Shown here: piece by piece, positions 62,265-64,000 of the stretch
Numbering within the stretch: position 1 is the stretch's first letter
How the letters are laid out: each line of letters opens with the position of its first letter
The notes under the pieces: model-generated
Seen by the model: only the letters and a program-made list of their open reading frames with translations
Told to the model about the DNA's origin: nothing
Database searches by the model: none
From: Heterodontus francisci
Lineage: Eukaryota
Direction of reading: 5' to 3'
Assembly (NCBI RefSeq): GCF_036365525.1
Contig: NW_027141363.1
Coordinates: 62,001 to 126,000, forward strand
DNA length: 64,000 bases
Translations under genes and position numbers: made by a program

Positions 62265-63870
62265 GGAGGAAACATTAATGGGATTAGCATCCTTGAAAGT
62301 TGATAAATCACCAGGGCAGGATGAAATGAATCCTAGGCTGCAAATAGAAGCAAGAGAAGAAATAGCAGAGGGTCTGACCATCTTTTTGCAGTCCTCACAG
62401 GTGTGGCGCCGGAGGATTGGAGAATTGTTAACGTTGTGCCTCCGTTTAAAAAGGGAGAGAAGGATAGACTGACTAATTACAGGCCAGTCAGTCTGACCTC
62501 CGTAATGAGCAAAGTATTGCAATCTATTCTGGGAGACAGGATAAACTGTCACTTAGAAAGGCACAGATTAATCCAGGATAGTCAGCATAGATTTGTTAAG
62601 GGATGTTCTTGTTTGATCAATTTGATCGAATTTTTTGAAGAAGTAACAAGGAAGATAGATGAGGGTAGTGCAGTTGACGTGGTCTACCTGGATTTTAGCA
62701 AGGCTTTTGAAAAGGCTGCACATGGCAGACTGGTTCAAAAAAAAACAAAATCCCATGGGATCCAGGGAAATGCAGCAAGGTGGATACAAAATTGGCTCAG
62801 TGCCAGGAAACAAAGGGTAATTGTTGATGGGTGTTTTAGCGACTGGAGGGCTGTTTGCAGTGGCGTTGCACAGGGCTCAGTACTGGGTTCCCTGCTTTTT
62901 GTGGTATTTATTAACGATTTGGATGTAAATGTAGGGGGGCATAATCCAAATGTATGTAGACAACACAAGGATTAGCCATGTGGTAGATCGCGAGGTGGAT
63001 AGCTGTCGGCTGCAGGAAGATATTGATGGTCTTGTCAGATGGGCAGAACAGTGGCAAATGGAATCCAACTTGGAGAGGCGTGAGGTGATGCATTTGGGGA
63101 GGTCAAACAAGGCAAAGGAATACACGATTAATGGGAAAATACTGAGAAGTGCAGAGGAAGTGAGGGACCTTGCAGTGAATGTCTACAGATCCCTGAAGGT
63201 AACAGGACAGGTCGATAAGGTGGTGAAGAAGTCATATGGAATCCTTTCCTTCATTAGCTGAGGTATAGAATACAAGAGCGGGGAGGTTATGCTGGAACTG
63301 CATAACTCATTGGTTAGGCCACAACTTGAGTATGTGTGAAGTTCTGGTCACCTCATTACAGAAAGAATGTAATTGCACTAGAGAGGTTACAAAGGAGATT
63401 AACAAGCATGTTTCCCGAACTGAAAATGCAGCTATGAGGAAAGATTGGATAGGCCGAGGTTGTTCTCCTTGGAACAGAGAAAGCTGCGGGGAGATCTGAT
63501 TGAAATGTACAAAATATTGAAGGGGCCTGGATAGAGTGCATGTGAAGGGTCTATTCACCTTGGCAGAGAGGTCAGTGATGAGGGACCATAGATTTAAAGT
63601 GATTGGTAGAAGAATTAGAGGGGAGATAAGGAAAATCATTTTTCACCCAGAGGGTGGTGATGGTCTGGAACTCACTGCCTGAAAGGGTAGTTGAGGCAGA
63701 GACCCTCAACTCATTCAAAAGGAGTCTGGATTTGCACCTCAAGTGCTGTAATCTGCAGGGCTACGGACCAAATGCTGGAAGGTGTGATTAGAATAGGTGG
63801 ATCGTTTTTCGGCCGGCACTGATGTGATGGGCCAAGTGGCCTCTTTCTGTGCCTTAAACTTTCTATGAGA
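62265..63870 (+). mobile_element. Degenerate CR1 (RT to 3' tail)
   Basis: KSPGQD, NYRPVSLTS, DFSKAF, QGSVLG motifs with frameshifts. Confidence 0.9.
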
Positions 63871-64000
63871 CTATTGGAGTGATAGAGTGTATGTGAAAGT
63901 GCCAAGGAATGAGAGAGAGACAGAGTCACAGAGGATGATATGGAGAAAAACAGTTAGAGAAAAAGAGAGGCAGTGATAGAGATAGATGGAGAGAGGGAGA

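Overview
Vertebrate genomic DNA, most likely a cartilaginous fish. The taxon is inferred from HE1/V-SINE-type and Deu-domain SINEs, abundant CR1 LINEs and a shark-type GPR139-like GPCR. The window is part of a T-cell receptor V-segment array, most likely TCR beta. It holds five leader+V+23-RSS segments: one on + at ~0.9-1.4 kb and four on - at 49-61 kb. It also holds a truncated V relic with an intact RSS and an orphan frameshifted leader. Two V segments and the relic resemble mammalian TRBV30/mouse Trbv31 (SQTIHQ...CAWS). They lie in opposite orientations and share an identical heptamer+spacer that carries a perfect AP-1 site in the register known from D-beta 3' RSSs. The 47.6 kb between the convergent Vs contains no recognisable D, J or C. 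It carries an intact two-exon GPR139-like GPCR, CTCF-like motifs, many CR1/SINE insertions, a ~9.7 kb GA-rich satellite, several minisatellites and N gaps. Most ORFs in the supplied track are repeat-derived. All calls were made by eye; no searches were run.
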